In this document: positions 1-8,482 of the stretch, piece by piece
Position numbering within the stretch: position 1 is the stretch's first letter
Layout of the letters: each line of letters opens with the position of its first letter
From: Candidatus Nomurabacteria bacterium
Lineage (GTDB): Bacteria > Patescibacteriota > Minisyncoccia > Phycocordibacterales > UBA1006
DNA length: 41,716 nt
Assembly: GCA_031424015.1 (NCBI GenBank)
Contig: JANPGR010000032.1
Span: 1 to 41,716 of the forward strand
Reading direction: 5' to 3'
The notes under the pieces: model-generated
What the model was told of the DNA's origin: nothing
The model's input: only the letters and a program-made list of their open reading frames with translations
Database searches by the model: none
Translations under genes and position numbers: made by a program

Positions 1-3
1 GTA

Positions 4-1242
4 TCATTTCTCCGACGAAAAACTAGCGAATAATTTCTGTTTTGCTGCTCGCATTGCTGATGCTGATGCGGCATGACTCTGAATCTTGAGCTTTGCTTCC
101 AGTATGTCTCGTGTAATACCAGGAGCGAAGTACTGCTCGCACTTGGGTAGCGAGAGCAGTCTTTGAATAGGTATGAGGTAGGTCTCATACTTTTTCTTGA
201 TCTTACCTCTTGCATCAACGGTATCTGTCGGGTATGCACACGGGCGATGGTAATTGATAAAGTCATCCATATAGTCTCGGTAAAACTGATTGATGACAGG
301 CGCGTGTTTCTGCGGGATGTGGGCGTGGCCCATGATCTTTCGTACTACCGCAGCATTCTTGCCTTCAACCAATGCATTGTCATTGGTTTTACGTGACCTG
401 CTCTTGGTTTGGTCTATCATCAGTTTGTTGAGCAGTGCTGCCACAGTATGATTGATGTACTCACTGCCATTATCTGAATGGAAGTTGATAATGACAAATG
501 GGAATAGCTCTAGCATTTGCTCTAGTAGTGGCTCTAGGAAATACTCGGAGATTTTCTCTACACAGCCAATGAATTCCATCTGAGTTACTTCATCTACCAT
601 GTTGATGTGATATACGCCCTTTTGCTTGTCTAAATCACCCTGGTGGACCGAATCTACCCTTACATAGCCTGGTTTCCCCCATGGGGCAGGCTTACGCCTT
701 TCACCAATTGCGACCTTCGTTGGGTTCGTTTTTGTATAGTGCAGAGCTGTTGTTTTGTAGACATTAGTTTTCTTTAGATTGTAGATATGAGCTACTGAGA
801 TATTACAAAGACTGCTGAACTTAGCATCACCATAGAGGTGATACATATCATGACAGACCTTCTTCAAGGCGTGACCATTTTGATGATGATAGTCATTAGC
901 CAGTTCTGCTAGTACCTTGATATCGGTAGAAGTATATATCGATCCAAACTTGTTTTGTGTACGAGTCGCCGGTTTGACTGTACCCAGGGTTTTCTTGCGC
1001 TTGATGAGTTTATCGATTCTACTGTCGCTGTATCCAGTCATCTCCTTGAGATATGTTTTGACGGTACTGCGCTCCTTCTTTTTCAGAGAGAAGTATTTGA
1101 ACTTACCCAATGTTCGACCTATCCATTCATACTTGCTTTCCAGAGTATCACATGAACCATTGGAAATACTCCGGGTTAGATTGAGTATTTCTTTGAGTTG
1201 TGCAATACTCACAATGTGGTCATCGTTCATATTTATTGTCAT
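4..1242 (-). CDS. DDE transposase/integrase with retroviral-integrase (rve) type catalytic core and an N-terminal HTH-like region
   Basis: Complete 412-aa ORF (ATG at 1242, TGA at 4-6). A DDE signature is visible: ...YVRVDSVHQGD..., ...INFHSDNGSEYIN..., ...NDNALVEGKNAAVVRK... (E followed by K/R, as in IS3/IS481/integrase cores). Confidence 0.8.
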   Translation of the reverse strand: MTINMNDDHIVSIAQLKEILNLTRSISNGSCDTLESKYEWIGRTLGKFKYFSLKKKERSTVKTYLKEMTGYSDSRIDKLIKRKKTLGTVKPATRTQNKFGSIYTSTDIKVLAELANDYHHQNGHALKKVCHDMYHLYGDAKFSSLCNISVAHIYNLKKTNVYKTTALHYTKTNPTKVAIGERRKPAPWGKPGYVRVDSVHQGDLDKQKGVYHINMVDEVTQMEFIGCVEKISEYFLEPLLEQMLELFPFVIINFHSDNGSEYINHTVAALLNKLMIDQTKSRSRKTNDNALVEGKNAAVVRKIMGHAHIPQKHAPVINQFYRDYMDDFINYHRPCAYPTDTVDARGKIKKKYETYLIPIQRLLSLPKCEQYFAPGITRDILEAKLKIQSHAASASAMRAAKQKLFASFSSEK

Positions 1243-1268
1243 AAATTACTATGATACGGATTCCACCC

Positions 1269-1293
1269 AAAAAGGCACCTTCGGTGTCTTTTT
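1269..1293. terminator. Bidirectional intrinsic-terminator-like hairpin (A5-stem-loop-stem-T5)
   Basis: aaaaaGGCACCttcGGTGTCttttt: a 6-bp stem (one G-U pair) flanked by an A5 run and a T5 run. It lies 27 nt beyond the transposase start codon. Confidence 0.5.
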
Positions 1294-1347
1294 GCGTTAG
1301 AATTGGATTTCGTTTGGGTGTAATCGTGCGTTGGACAAGACTTACTA

Positions 1348-1376
1348 TTGTTTGTATTATTTTTTGCCAGTATAAT
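1348..1376 (+). promoter_or_regulatory. Candidate sigma70-type promoter for the SGNH hydrolase gene
   Basis: TTGTTT at 1348-1353, a 17-nt spacer, and a perfect TATAAT at 1371-1376, about 40 nt upstream of ATG 1418. Confidence 0.3.
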
Positions 1377-1417
1377 GTGGAGGACCGACAAAAAACCATT
1401 ACGTGAACTATTATCTT

Positions 1418-2084
1418 ATGAAGAGCATTAAAATCTTATCAGTACTTTTATCTGTTTGTTTGGCACTACTAGTGTCATGGTATTTAGTACGCCAAACAAA
1501 AAGCGTAGAAGTCACTTCAGATACTGTAGAAAAAGGTTCTTATGTTATCGTTGCTTTTGGAGACAGTTTGACTGCTGGATATGGGTTGCCCTTGTATGAG
1601 AGTTACCCTCAGCAACTAGAAGAAGCCCTAAAAGCAAAAGGACTCGATGTGAGTGTCATTAACGCTGGTGTCAGCGGTGAAACAAGCAGTGGAAACAATG
1701 AACGTGCTAGCTTTATAAAAGATCAAAATCCAGATATGATTATTTGGGGTATTGGTGGTAATGATGCTCTGAGAGCTCTTTCGGTAATGGAAATGAAAAA
1801 ACATGGAAAGTACCATCCAAATCCTTCAGAGTGGGCAACCCAAACCAGAAATACTCATGCTCGAGATGCAATCACCATTAAATGCTGGTATACAATATAA
1901 AAGAGAATTTGACGCTGTCTATCGTGACCTATCTAAAAAATATAATTTACCATTAGTGCCGTTTCTTGTGGCAAATGTGTTTTTGAACTCAGATTATATG
2001 CTACCAGACAGGATTCACCCAAACAAAGATGGTTATGCAAAGCTTGTAGAAGAGCACCTTTTTAAGGTAGTGTATAAAAAGTAA
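1418..2084 (+). pseudogene. SGNH/GDSL hydrolase (TesA/arylesterase-like) interrupted by a +1 frame change in an A6 homopolymer
   Basis: ORF 1403-1900 has a signal anchor and SGNH blocks I-III (VAFGDSLTAGYG, GVSGETS, IWGIGGNDALR). ORF 1803-2084, one frame over, carries block V (DRIHPNKDGY). The two halves join collinearly at 1796-1801 (aaaaaa). Removing one A gives ...SVMEMKNMESTIQIL..., which parallels the TesA layout. Confidence 0.75.
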
Positions 2085-2099
2085 AATCTCAAAACTGAT

Positions 2100-2374
2100 G
2101 ATCTATATTTAGGCTTGAAACAGGACTAGGGGGTTACAAAATTACCACAAAATCATCAGCAGATTTTCTCACCTTTTTCATGCTCAATACCTCGGCTCTG
2201 CTATCTGCCTGTATAAGTTTTACAAAATTTTCTGACTGGGCAGAACTGCGTCTACACCTCAAACAGGACACTAGGCACTTCAAAAGCCTGCAAACGTATT
2301 CAAGCCCTGATACCTCGGTGGCCCTGCCCTGAGGTTGTTTCATTAATGGCATTTTTCGCTATAAAATATAGATC
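2100..2374. repeat. Long palindromic intergenic element closed by nested inverted repeats
   Basis: gatctatattt (2100-2110) pairs with aaatatagatc (2364-2374). Nested inside are ggcttgaa (2112-2119) / ttcaagcc (2300-2307). The internal direct repeat tacctcgg occurs at 2189-2196 and 2311-2318. Confidence 0.35.
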
Positions 2375-2451
2375 TTACTTGTGTCGGGTTGAGATTGTGA
2401 AGACAGGTTCTTAGACTAAAATCAAGTGACTGGATTCTCTATCTGAACACA

Positions 2452-2616
2452 TTATAATGAGTTCCTATTGTATATCCATAATCCAACAAATGCACCTATA
2501 GTAGTGAATATCAGTGAAGTAAAGGATATCTCGCTCACACCCCACAGCATCGGCAAAAATCCACCGACAGTCATACCGACACTAATTGCAAACCAAGGTG
2601 AATCAAAGCTAAACAT
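2452..2616 (-). CDS. Small (54-aa) two-TM membrane protein, possibly GlsB/YeaQ/YmgE-like
   Basis: An internal ATG at 2616 of the 2452-3045 minus ORF gives MFSFDSPWFAISVGMTVGGFLPMLWGVSEISFTSLIFTTIGAFVGLWIYNRNSL. It has Gly-rich hydrophobic helices and a GAxVGLWIY tail like YeaQ-family proteins. The rest of the 197-aa ORF overlaps the large plus-strand gene and looks spurious. Confidence 0.4.
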   Translation of the reverse strand: MFSFDSPWFAISVGMTVGGFLPMLWGVSEISFTSLIFTTIGAFVGLWIYNRNSL

Positions 2617-2722
2617 ATATATACAGTGTAGCACATACAAATATGATACTTTTCCTAAAAAAACAATTCTGTGGATTCGAATATTTTGTACGTTCGAGTT
2701 AGTGTATACTACTACCATACCT

Positions 2723-5700
2723 ATGCTCCGCCGCATCCTCACCATCATCTCTCTCATACTTGGATTCCTTCTCCTTGCGTTTCTACTCATACGGTTTTTC
2801 TTGCCCAGTTCTGCTGATGTCTCTGGGTTACCTGGATACTTGCCAAAGATAATCAATACAATAATCCCAGGAGAAAAGAATACCAACACTCCCAATATTC
2901 TCACCCAAGGTCTCACCATTCCAGACCTCGTTATTGATGACCAGAACCTCACCTCAGCACAACAGAGTATCACCACAATAGAATCAACGATAACAGAAAT
3001 GAAAGGTAAACTAGAGGAAACAGAGAAAAAGATCAAACAGTACAATGATTACAAAACATTACTCGGACAAGGGAGTACGAGAACCACAGGAACAACCAAT
3101 AATCCAAGTACTGTGGATACAAACACAGGAGGAGACTCTTCGGATATTCTCGGGACAGACTTTGAAGCAACTCTCGAGAGGCTCCGTGGAGACGTGGTCA
3201 AGTACACAGAGCTCATAACAGGATACGAGATAATGCTCGACAGATTCCAGAAATCTATTGTGTATTACTATTGCAATGGATACGCGCAATATCAACCAGG
3301 AGATACAGTAGACATCTCGAGGCTCCACAATAATATCATCATCATAACCCATGCAAATGGATCCAGGGAACAGATCTCTTGTGGATGGAAGGGTATTACC
3401 ACCGAATTCACCCCAGATTCACCCTACTATCCAAAGAACCTCTTTGAGAATCTTCCTGATGTATTCAAAAATGTCCCAAACCCTTTTAGAAATATTCAAA
3501 CAAACTATATTAAACTCACCAACTGGGCAGATATTGATCACTCCTCTGACCCAGTAGACTGGCAATCAGCTCCACCTGTATGGTCATACTACTTCAACAT
3601 ATTTCTCAATCTCTTTGTCTCGTTCTCTCTCGATTTCTCTGTATCCATCAGTCAGTACTATTCTGACTATTTTGCCTTGTACCCCATAGATGATATTACT
3701 CGTCACCAATCAGTAACCATCTGGTTTGATCGGTATAACTCCTATCGTTATCGCAATGACTTTACAGTAACAGGGAGGATCAACACAGGTACCAATACAG
3801 ACCCTATCTGTGCTAATCTCAGAATCGGAATCCCCAAAACCTTTGATACTAATCGCTCAACCGACACCGTATACCTGAATACAGTATTCGATCTCCTGGA
3901 TCCCGTCTCCATTCAAACCAAACCTCTCGAATTCACTGTACTCGACAGAGACGGAGAACCAACCAGTCAAACAGAGGAATGTACTGTCACAGGACCCGGA
4001 ATCTGGAAATCATTCCGAGTTATTCTCCGTGATGTAGATATCAATAAACCCTATCTCTTTGATATCATAGACAGAGACTTTACTTCCTATCGCATAAACC
4101 GAGGTACCGGTCGGGTATCCCTCCTCCCATATCGTTACTGGGGACCACAGACTGTTCGTAACCTCGACACCTTGACCCCACAGGTATTTCTCTCCTACAC
4201 ACCAGTCACTACAGTGGAACAACAGACATCCATAGGAATACTCACCCCAGACAAAACAAAACAATACCAAACCCAATATGATCCAGTAACTCAAAAACTC
4301 TCACTCCTATTCCAAGTACTCGTACACGATGACAGACTCAGTAACATCATTACCAATTCAAATGTACTCAACATCAATCCAGCTTCAAACGGAGGACTCT
4401 GTACCCGTGAACTCCCTGACCTCAAACTCCATCTCGATAGAGTAGATGGAACCAGCACTGTATTCTCTAATCCCCTCGAGACGGTAAGGGTACCAACCAG
4501 TACTATCCCAGGAACTGACACTCCCAGTCCCAATACCTTTCTCTGTTCCTTTATCTATACCAATATCGATGCAAAACCTGATGATCTCTTTTACTTTGTA
4601 AATGAGTTCACTGAGACTCTCCTCTATGGTGAGGAGAAGGTAGAGGGGGTGGGTCAGAGTACGAACCAAGACGCATATGGTTGGTGGTATTACTACAAAA
4701 CATTCAATCCTCTAGTTGAAGGCGAGTATTATAAATCCGAAGCTGAATGTAAAACGGCCGGTCTCAAAATAGAAAAGAGGCAAGTTACCTGTTATGAGAC
4801 AGCACTCGTACCGGCTATTACTCTGTCATATGTAGAGCCTACAGAACGAGATCCAAAAGGGGTTGCAATAGGAAGTAAAATCACAGAAACATCAGCGCAT
4901 CTGGTGTTTAGAGCAAAAACTCAAAATAAAAATGTTGTTTTTAGAATGAAATATGGAGTCAAATCATTAGAAACTGATTTTGCAAAACGATTTGCAGCGA
5001 TGAATTCGGTAGATCCAAATGTCACCCTAATGACTCAGCACAACAAGACAAAAGACATATTCTGGGACATATCAGGATTAGAAAAAGATAAAGAATACGA
5101 ATATGTAGTGTATGGTATACCTGCTGATGGTCGAGAATATCTAGGGGCAAAAGACTCCTTTGTTGAAGTTGTAAATATCGGTGACCAAACAAAACCGCGC
5201 ACGGCATTGTTTTATACGGATACCTTGAGTACAACCCTACCCTCAAAAGGGATTGGAGAGGGACTTTCTTTTAGTGGATTGTTTGATACTTCTGGAATGA
5301 CTGCTGGCGCTGGCGTAAAAACCAACATAACTGGCAGCACTGGGCCACTGGTTCCTTGCGGGTGGGATATCAATGGTAATGGTCATATCGATGCACCAGA
5401 TAGAAAACGCTATGTACTCAACCCAGATGGCTCCATTAAAAAAGATGCAAAAGGTAGAGAAATACTAGAGTATTACGCTACACCAACAAAATGGGACCCT
5501 AACAGAGGAAAGCTCGCAGACGGCACCATAGACCCCAATTTCAAGCCCGATCCAAATGGAGAATTGTGTACCTTTAATCACCTCATTCAAATGACTTCAA
5601 ATATATTGAACCTGTTCTTTACTACAATATTAGTTATTCTGATTGTATTTCGTTTTGGTTATGTTGGATATCTATTCATTACTAGTGGATCTAATCCAGG

Positions 5701-5827
5701 AAAACGCAATGAAGCAAAAGGTATTTTGAAGTCAGTATTAAAAGGTACATTAATTGCTTTGCTCGCATGGATTATTGTTGCAAGCCTCTTTAGTCTACTG
5801 GGAATCGAGACATGGTTAGACTTTTAA
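2723..5827 (+). CDS. Giant membrane-anchored surface protein (1,034 aa) with a C-terminal TrbC/VirB2-like two-helix 'pilin' module
   Basis: An in-frame ATG at 2723 gives MLRRILTIISLILGFLLLAFLLIRFF (signal anchor). A coiled-coil-like stretch follows (TITEMKGKLEETEKKIKQYNDYK). A long region with no motif I recognise comes next, then an FN3-like stretch (...GLEKDKEYEYVVYGIPADG). The C-terminus reads GPLVPCG...CTFNHLIQMTSNILNLFF[TM]...ITSGSNPGKRNEAKGILKSVLKGTLIALLAWIIV[TM]. Confidence 0.85.
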   Translation: MLRRILTIISLILGFLLLAFLLIRFFLPSSADVSGLPGYLPKIINTIIPGEKNTNTPNILTQGLTIPDLVIDDQNLTSAQQSITTIESTITEMKGKLEETEKKIKQYNDYKTLLGQGSTRTTGTTNNPSTVDTNTGGDSSDILGTDFEATLERLRGDVVKYTELITGYEIMLDRFQKSIVYYYCNGYAQYQPGDTVDISRLHNNIIIITHANGSREQISCGWKGITTEFTPDSPYYPKNLFENLPDVFKNVPNPFRNIQTNYIKLTNWADIDHSSDPVDWQSAPPVWSYYFNIFLNLFVSFSLDFSVSISQYYSDYFALYPIDDITRHQSVTIWFDRYNSYRYRNDFTVTGRINTGTNTDPICANLRIGIPKTFDTNRSTDTVYLNTVFDLLDPVSIQTKPLEFTVLDRDGEPTSQTEECTVTGPGIWKSFRVILRDVDINKPYLFDIIDRDFTSYRINRGTGRVSLLPYRYWGPQTVRNLDTLTPQVFLSYTPVTTVEQQTSIGILTPDKTKQYQTQYDPVTQKLSLLFQVLVHDDRLSNIITNSNVLNINPASNGGLCTRELPDLKLHLDRVDGTSTVFSNPLETVRVPTSTIPGTDTPSPNTFLCSFIYTNIDAKPDDLFYFVNEFTETLLYGEEKVEGVGQSTNQDAYGWWYYYKTFNPLVEGEYYKSEAECKTAGLKIEKRQVTCYETALVPAITLSYVEPTERDPKGVAIGSKITETSAHLVFRAKTQNKNVVFRMKYGVKSLETDFAKRFAAMNSVDPNVTLMTQHNKTKDIFWDISGLEKDKEYEYVVYGIPADGREYLGAKDSFVEVVNIGDQTKPRTALFYTDTLSTTLPSKGIGEGLSFSGLFDTSGMTAGAGVKTNITGSTGPLVPCGWDINGNGHIDAPDRKRYVLNPDGSIKKDAKGREILEYYATPTKWDPNRGKLADGTIDPNFKPDPNGELCTFNHLIQMTSNILNLFFTTILVILIVFRFGYVGYLFITSGSNPGKRNEAKGILKSVLKGTLIALLAWIIVASLFSLLGIETWLDF

Positions 5828-5833
5828 TTGTCT

Positions 5834-8467
5834 ATGCTGAAAAGAACCATAAAAACCATATCCTTAGGAATAATTCTATCGGCAATATTTACATATTCTG
5901 CATATGCAGAGTCAGAAATTATTCCAGACGTATATATCGTTAAATTCGATACATATCAACCCATAACGTCTCTCGATGATATTACCGTAATCGAGACGTA
6001 TCCAAAACTAGGTCTAGCAGCAATAGAATCTACAGAATTAAATATTGATTCTTTGATAGCACGAGGGGAGTTAATATCTGCTGTACCAGTACGCAAGTAT
6101 TACTCAGAAGCATCAGACCCAAATATCTCTCTCTTGTCACAGAATAATCTTGTAAATTCTAGTTTAGAGGGGGTGACAGGAATAGGTACATCAATTGTTA
6201 TTATTGATACCGGCGTTGATGCGCATCATCCTGCATTCTTGAATCCTACAACAGGGGAATCTCGCATTGTTCGTGAAGCATGCTTTTCAAATATTTCAGG
6301 CACAGCAGTGTCAATCTGTCCTGATGGAACAAGTACTGATACTACAAATCTAAATGATATAGGCTCTGCGACCCCTTGCTCGATTGCTCACTGCGATCAT
6401 GGGACCCACGTTGCAGGTATCGCTGCCGCTGGAGAGTATACTTATAATGGAAAAACAATACGAGGAGTAGCCCCAGATGCAAATATTATAGCTATACAGG
6501 TTTTCAGTCGTGATGATTCTGACCCTGCGTCACCAACGCTCTTTACTACCGATATAGAATTGATCGCAGCATATGAATATCTCGCTCGTTTGGTAGACTA
6601 CAACACCCTTACTGTTGCTGCTATTAATATGAGTTTAGGTACCGATACTCTCTATACAAACACAGAAGATTGTGATAATGATTATGGCCCTGTCCCGGGA
6701 TCTGATTCTGCCGGGTTGGCAGCTGCTGTACATGGACTTGAAAATAGAGGTGTCCCAACCATTGCAGCAGCAGGGAATCGTCGTACTAATAATGGAGTGT
6801 CGGGCCCCGCGTGTATTTCTGGAGTTATTTCCGTATCGAATAGCACAGATAACGACACGGTTGCATTTAGCGCTAGTGTAGGAGGGCTGACAAGTATATT
6901 TGCACCAGGAGTCAATGTGTATTCGACAATACCTGGAATTGGAATAGCTTCAAAATCAGGATCATCCATGTCCTCGCCTCATGTTGCAGGAGTTTTTGCA
7001 CTACTAAAATCAATAACACCAAAATCCACACCCCTCCAAACAATAACCCAATCGATATTAACGAGTGGACCTCAGGTATCTGACATCAGAATTATCTCCC
7101 CAGAAATTATTCCGTCGAGCAACCCAATCTCTCGTCGTAGGATCGACGCACCTGCTTCATTAATTACATTGAATACTATAATTGCAAAACCACCCGAAAT
7201 AGAAATGGAATCGAGTAATGAATTATCTGTTATTCCTCAAAATATTTCTTTTACAGTTCGAGATGATATAGCTCTCGGCGAGTTAAATCCTACAGTTGTC
7301 TCAAAACTGAATCCAGATTCAATCGCACAGGTTGAATGTGTAAAAGTATCACGACTAGAGAAAAAATGTACATTTACTGTAGTATTACCAGATACTATTA
7401 CTATTACTGTAATGGATAGTGGAAACGTAGCTTCAAAAAAAGAAATACTTTTTATTCATACTATCACCCCACCCGTAAAGGACTCTATTAGTATTCGATC
7501 CGGAACTACGTTTCCTAATTCTTTGAGTGTGCCTATTTATACTGACATAGCATCCTTACGTACGTCACCGTATCCAATAATGAAATCAATACCCGATATT
7601 TTCATCGAAGGCATTGCGCCCGTTACTACTCTCACATCCGGAAATATAACACTCAATTCCCACACTATTACAGATGATTTGATATTTGTTTCAGGTGATT
7701 TTGATAGTGTTTCGACATTGCTTCATATACCTATCGGTACGTCTATCTCTAGTTTGGGAGATTTTGGCGCGATAACACCAATACCTAATCCAACTATTGA
7801 TCAAGGCACCACCCCTACAATTGCATTTTCGATTCACACTCCGAACGAGCCCTATACATTCACAGAAAAGAATCCAGAGATCTGCATACCAAATGCCGAA
7901 TCTGTATTTGGTACTTTGGATACTTCACGAATTTTTATACAAGGCAGTATGGATTCTATATCCTGGACACGAGAAGCTCTGATTCAACCGCGAGTGTCTC
8001 AAGGGAGTCTTTGTTTTCAGATTTCTCATGCTAGCTCATATGCGTTGGGAGTAATCCCAATAACACCATCAACTCCTGTACAATCTTCTGGAGGTGGAGG
8101 TGGAGGTGGAGGATCTCTTTTTTCTAAAATCAACCCAAAACAACAAAACCTTAAAACCCCAATAGAAATAAAAAGAGAGGTAGACTCTTTTTGTGACGCT
8201 CTTTTTATAGCACGGTCTGTTTCAAGTCAAAAAACTCTTGTCACACAATTTTTACAAACTGTGCATTATATGACGGGTAACACTACCAAAAACAAGCAAA
8301 CACTAATGAAATCCGCCTTGGCAAAAGCATTTAAAGATTCTGGATATATAAAAAAAGTGAAGCAAAACAATTATCCAGGGTTAAATAACTATGCAAAAGA
8401 GCTCTGTAAAAGGCGGCCCTCAGTAAAACGCCACACAGTTTCTGTGAACCAGTATACTCAAAAATAG
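5834..8467 (+). CDS. Secreted subtilisin-like serine protease (peptidase S8) with a long C-terminal extension
   Basis: ATG at 5834, 6 nt after the upstream stop codon. Signal peptide MLKRTIKTISLGIILSAIFTYSAYA. I9-like propeptide (VYIVKFDTY...). Catalytic D/H/S motifs IVIIDTGVD, HGTHVAGIAAAG and GSSMSSPHVAG, plus the oxyanion motif NMSLG. About 450 aa of beta-rich sequence follows, then a Gly8 linker and a basic tail. Confidence 0.9.
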   Translation: MLKRTIKTISLGIILSAIFTYSAYAESEIIPDVYIVKFDTYQPITSLDDITVIETYPKLGLAAIESTELNIDSLIARGELISAVPVRKYYSEASDPNISLLSQNNLVNSSLEGVTGIGTSIVIIDTGVDAHHPAFLNPTTGESRIVREACFSNISGTAVSICPDGTSTDTTNLNDIGSATPCSIAHCDHGTHVAGIAAAGEYTYNGKTIRGVAPDANIIAIQVFSRDDSDPASPTLFTTDIELIAAYEYLARLVDYNTLTVAAINMSLGTDTLYTNTEDCDNDYGPVPGSDSAGLAAAVHGLENRGVPTIAAAGNRRTNNGVSGPACISGVISVSNSTDNDTVAFSASVGGLTSIFAPGVNVYSTIPGIGIASKSGSSMSSPHVAGVFALLKSITPKSTPLQTITQSILTSGPQVSDIRIISPEIIPSSNPISRRRIDAPASLITLNTIIAKPPEIEMESSNELSVIPQNISFTVRDDIALGELNPTVVSKLNPDSIAQVECVKVSRLEKKCTFTVVLPDTITITVMDSGNVASKKEILFIHTITPPVKDSISIRSGTTFPNSLSVPIYTDIASLRTSPYPIMKSIPDIFIEGIAPVTTLTSGNITLNSHTITDDLIFVSGDFDSVSTLLHIPIGTSISSLGDFGAITPIPNPTIDQGTTPTIAFSIHTPNEPYTFTEKNPEICIPNAESVFGTLDTSRIFIQGSMDSISWTREALIQPRVSQGSLCFQISHASSYALGVIPITPSTPVQSSGGGGGGGGSLFSKINPKQQNLKTPIEIKREVDSFCDALFIARSVSSQKTLVTQFLQTVHYMTGNTTKNKQTLMKSALAKAFKDSGYIKKVKQNNYPGLNNYAKELCKRRPSVKRHTVSVNQYTQK
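8090..8113 (+). repeat. In-frame hexanucleotide microsatellite (GGAGGT)x3 + GGAGGA encoding a Gly8 linker
   Basis: ggaggtggaggtggaggtggagga lies inside the S8 protease gene (protein ...SSGGGGGGGGSLF...). Confidence 0.9.
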
Positions 8468-8482
8468 CTTAGACTGTTCAAC

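Larger units (their letters stand above)
1..1300 (-). mobile_element. Insertion sequence carrying the rve-type transposase. The left end is cut by the window edge and the right boundary is not determined.
   Basis: The transposase ORF fills 4-1242. No terminal inverted repeat can be verified because only one side of the element is in the window. Confidence 0.45.

Noticed and set aside
1794-1803. Programmed ribosomal frameshifting at A AAA AAC in the SGNH hydrolase gene.
   Set aside because: The frame change needed is +1, not the -1 promoted by X XXY YYZ slippery sites. No stimulatory stop codon or structure is evident. A homopolymer indel is the simpler explanation.
2134-2352. A 72-aa Cys/Arg-rich minus-strand ORF.
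   Set aside because: It lies wholly inside the palindromic intergenic element and has no recognisable motif or start context. It is probably an accidental ORF, though a small protein cannot be excluded.
2676-2700. A ggattcgaa string suggesting a minus-strand tRNA T-arm.
   Set aside because: No T-stem, acceptor stem or anticodon arm can be formed around it.
2468-2722. The N-terminal 85 codons of the 1119-aa ORF given in the ORF track.
   Set aside because: The translated sequence is not protein-like and overlaps a plausible small membrane-protein gene on the other strand. The in-frame ATG at 2723 starts a typical signal-anchor helix.
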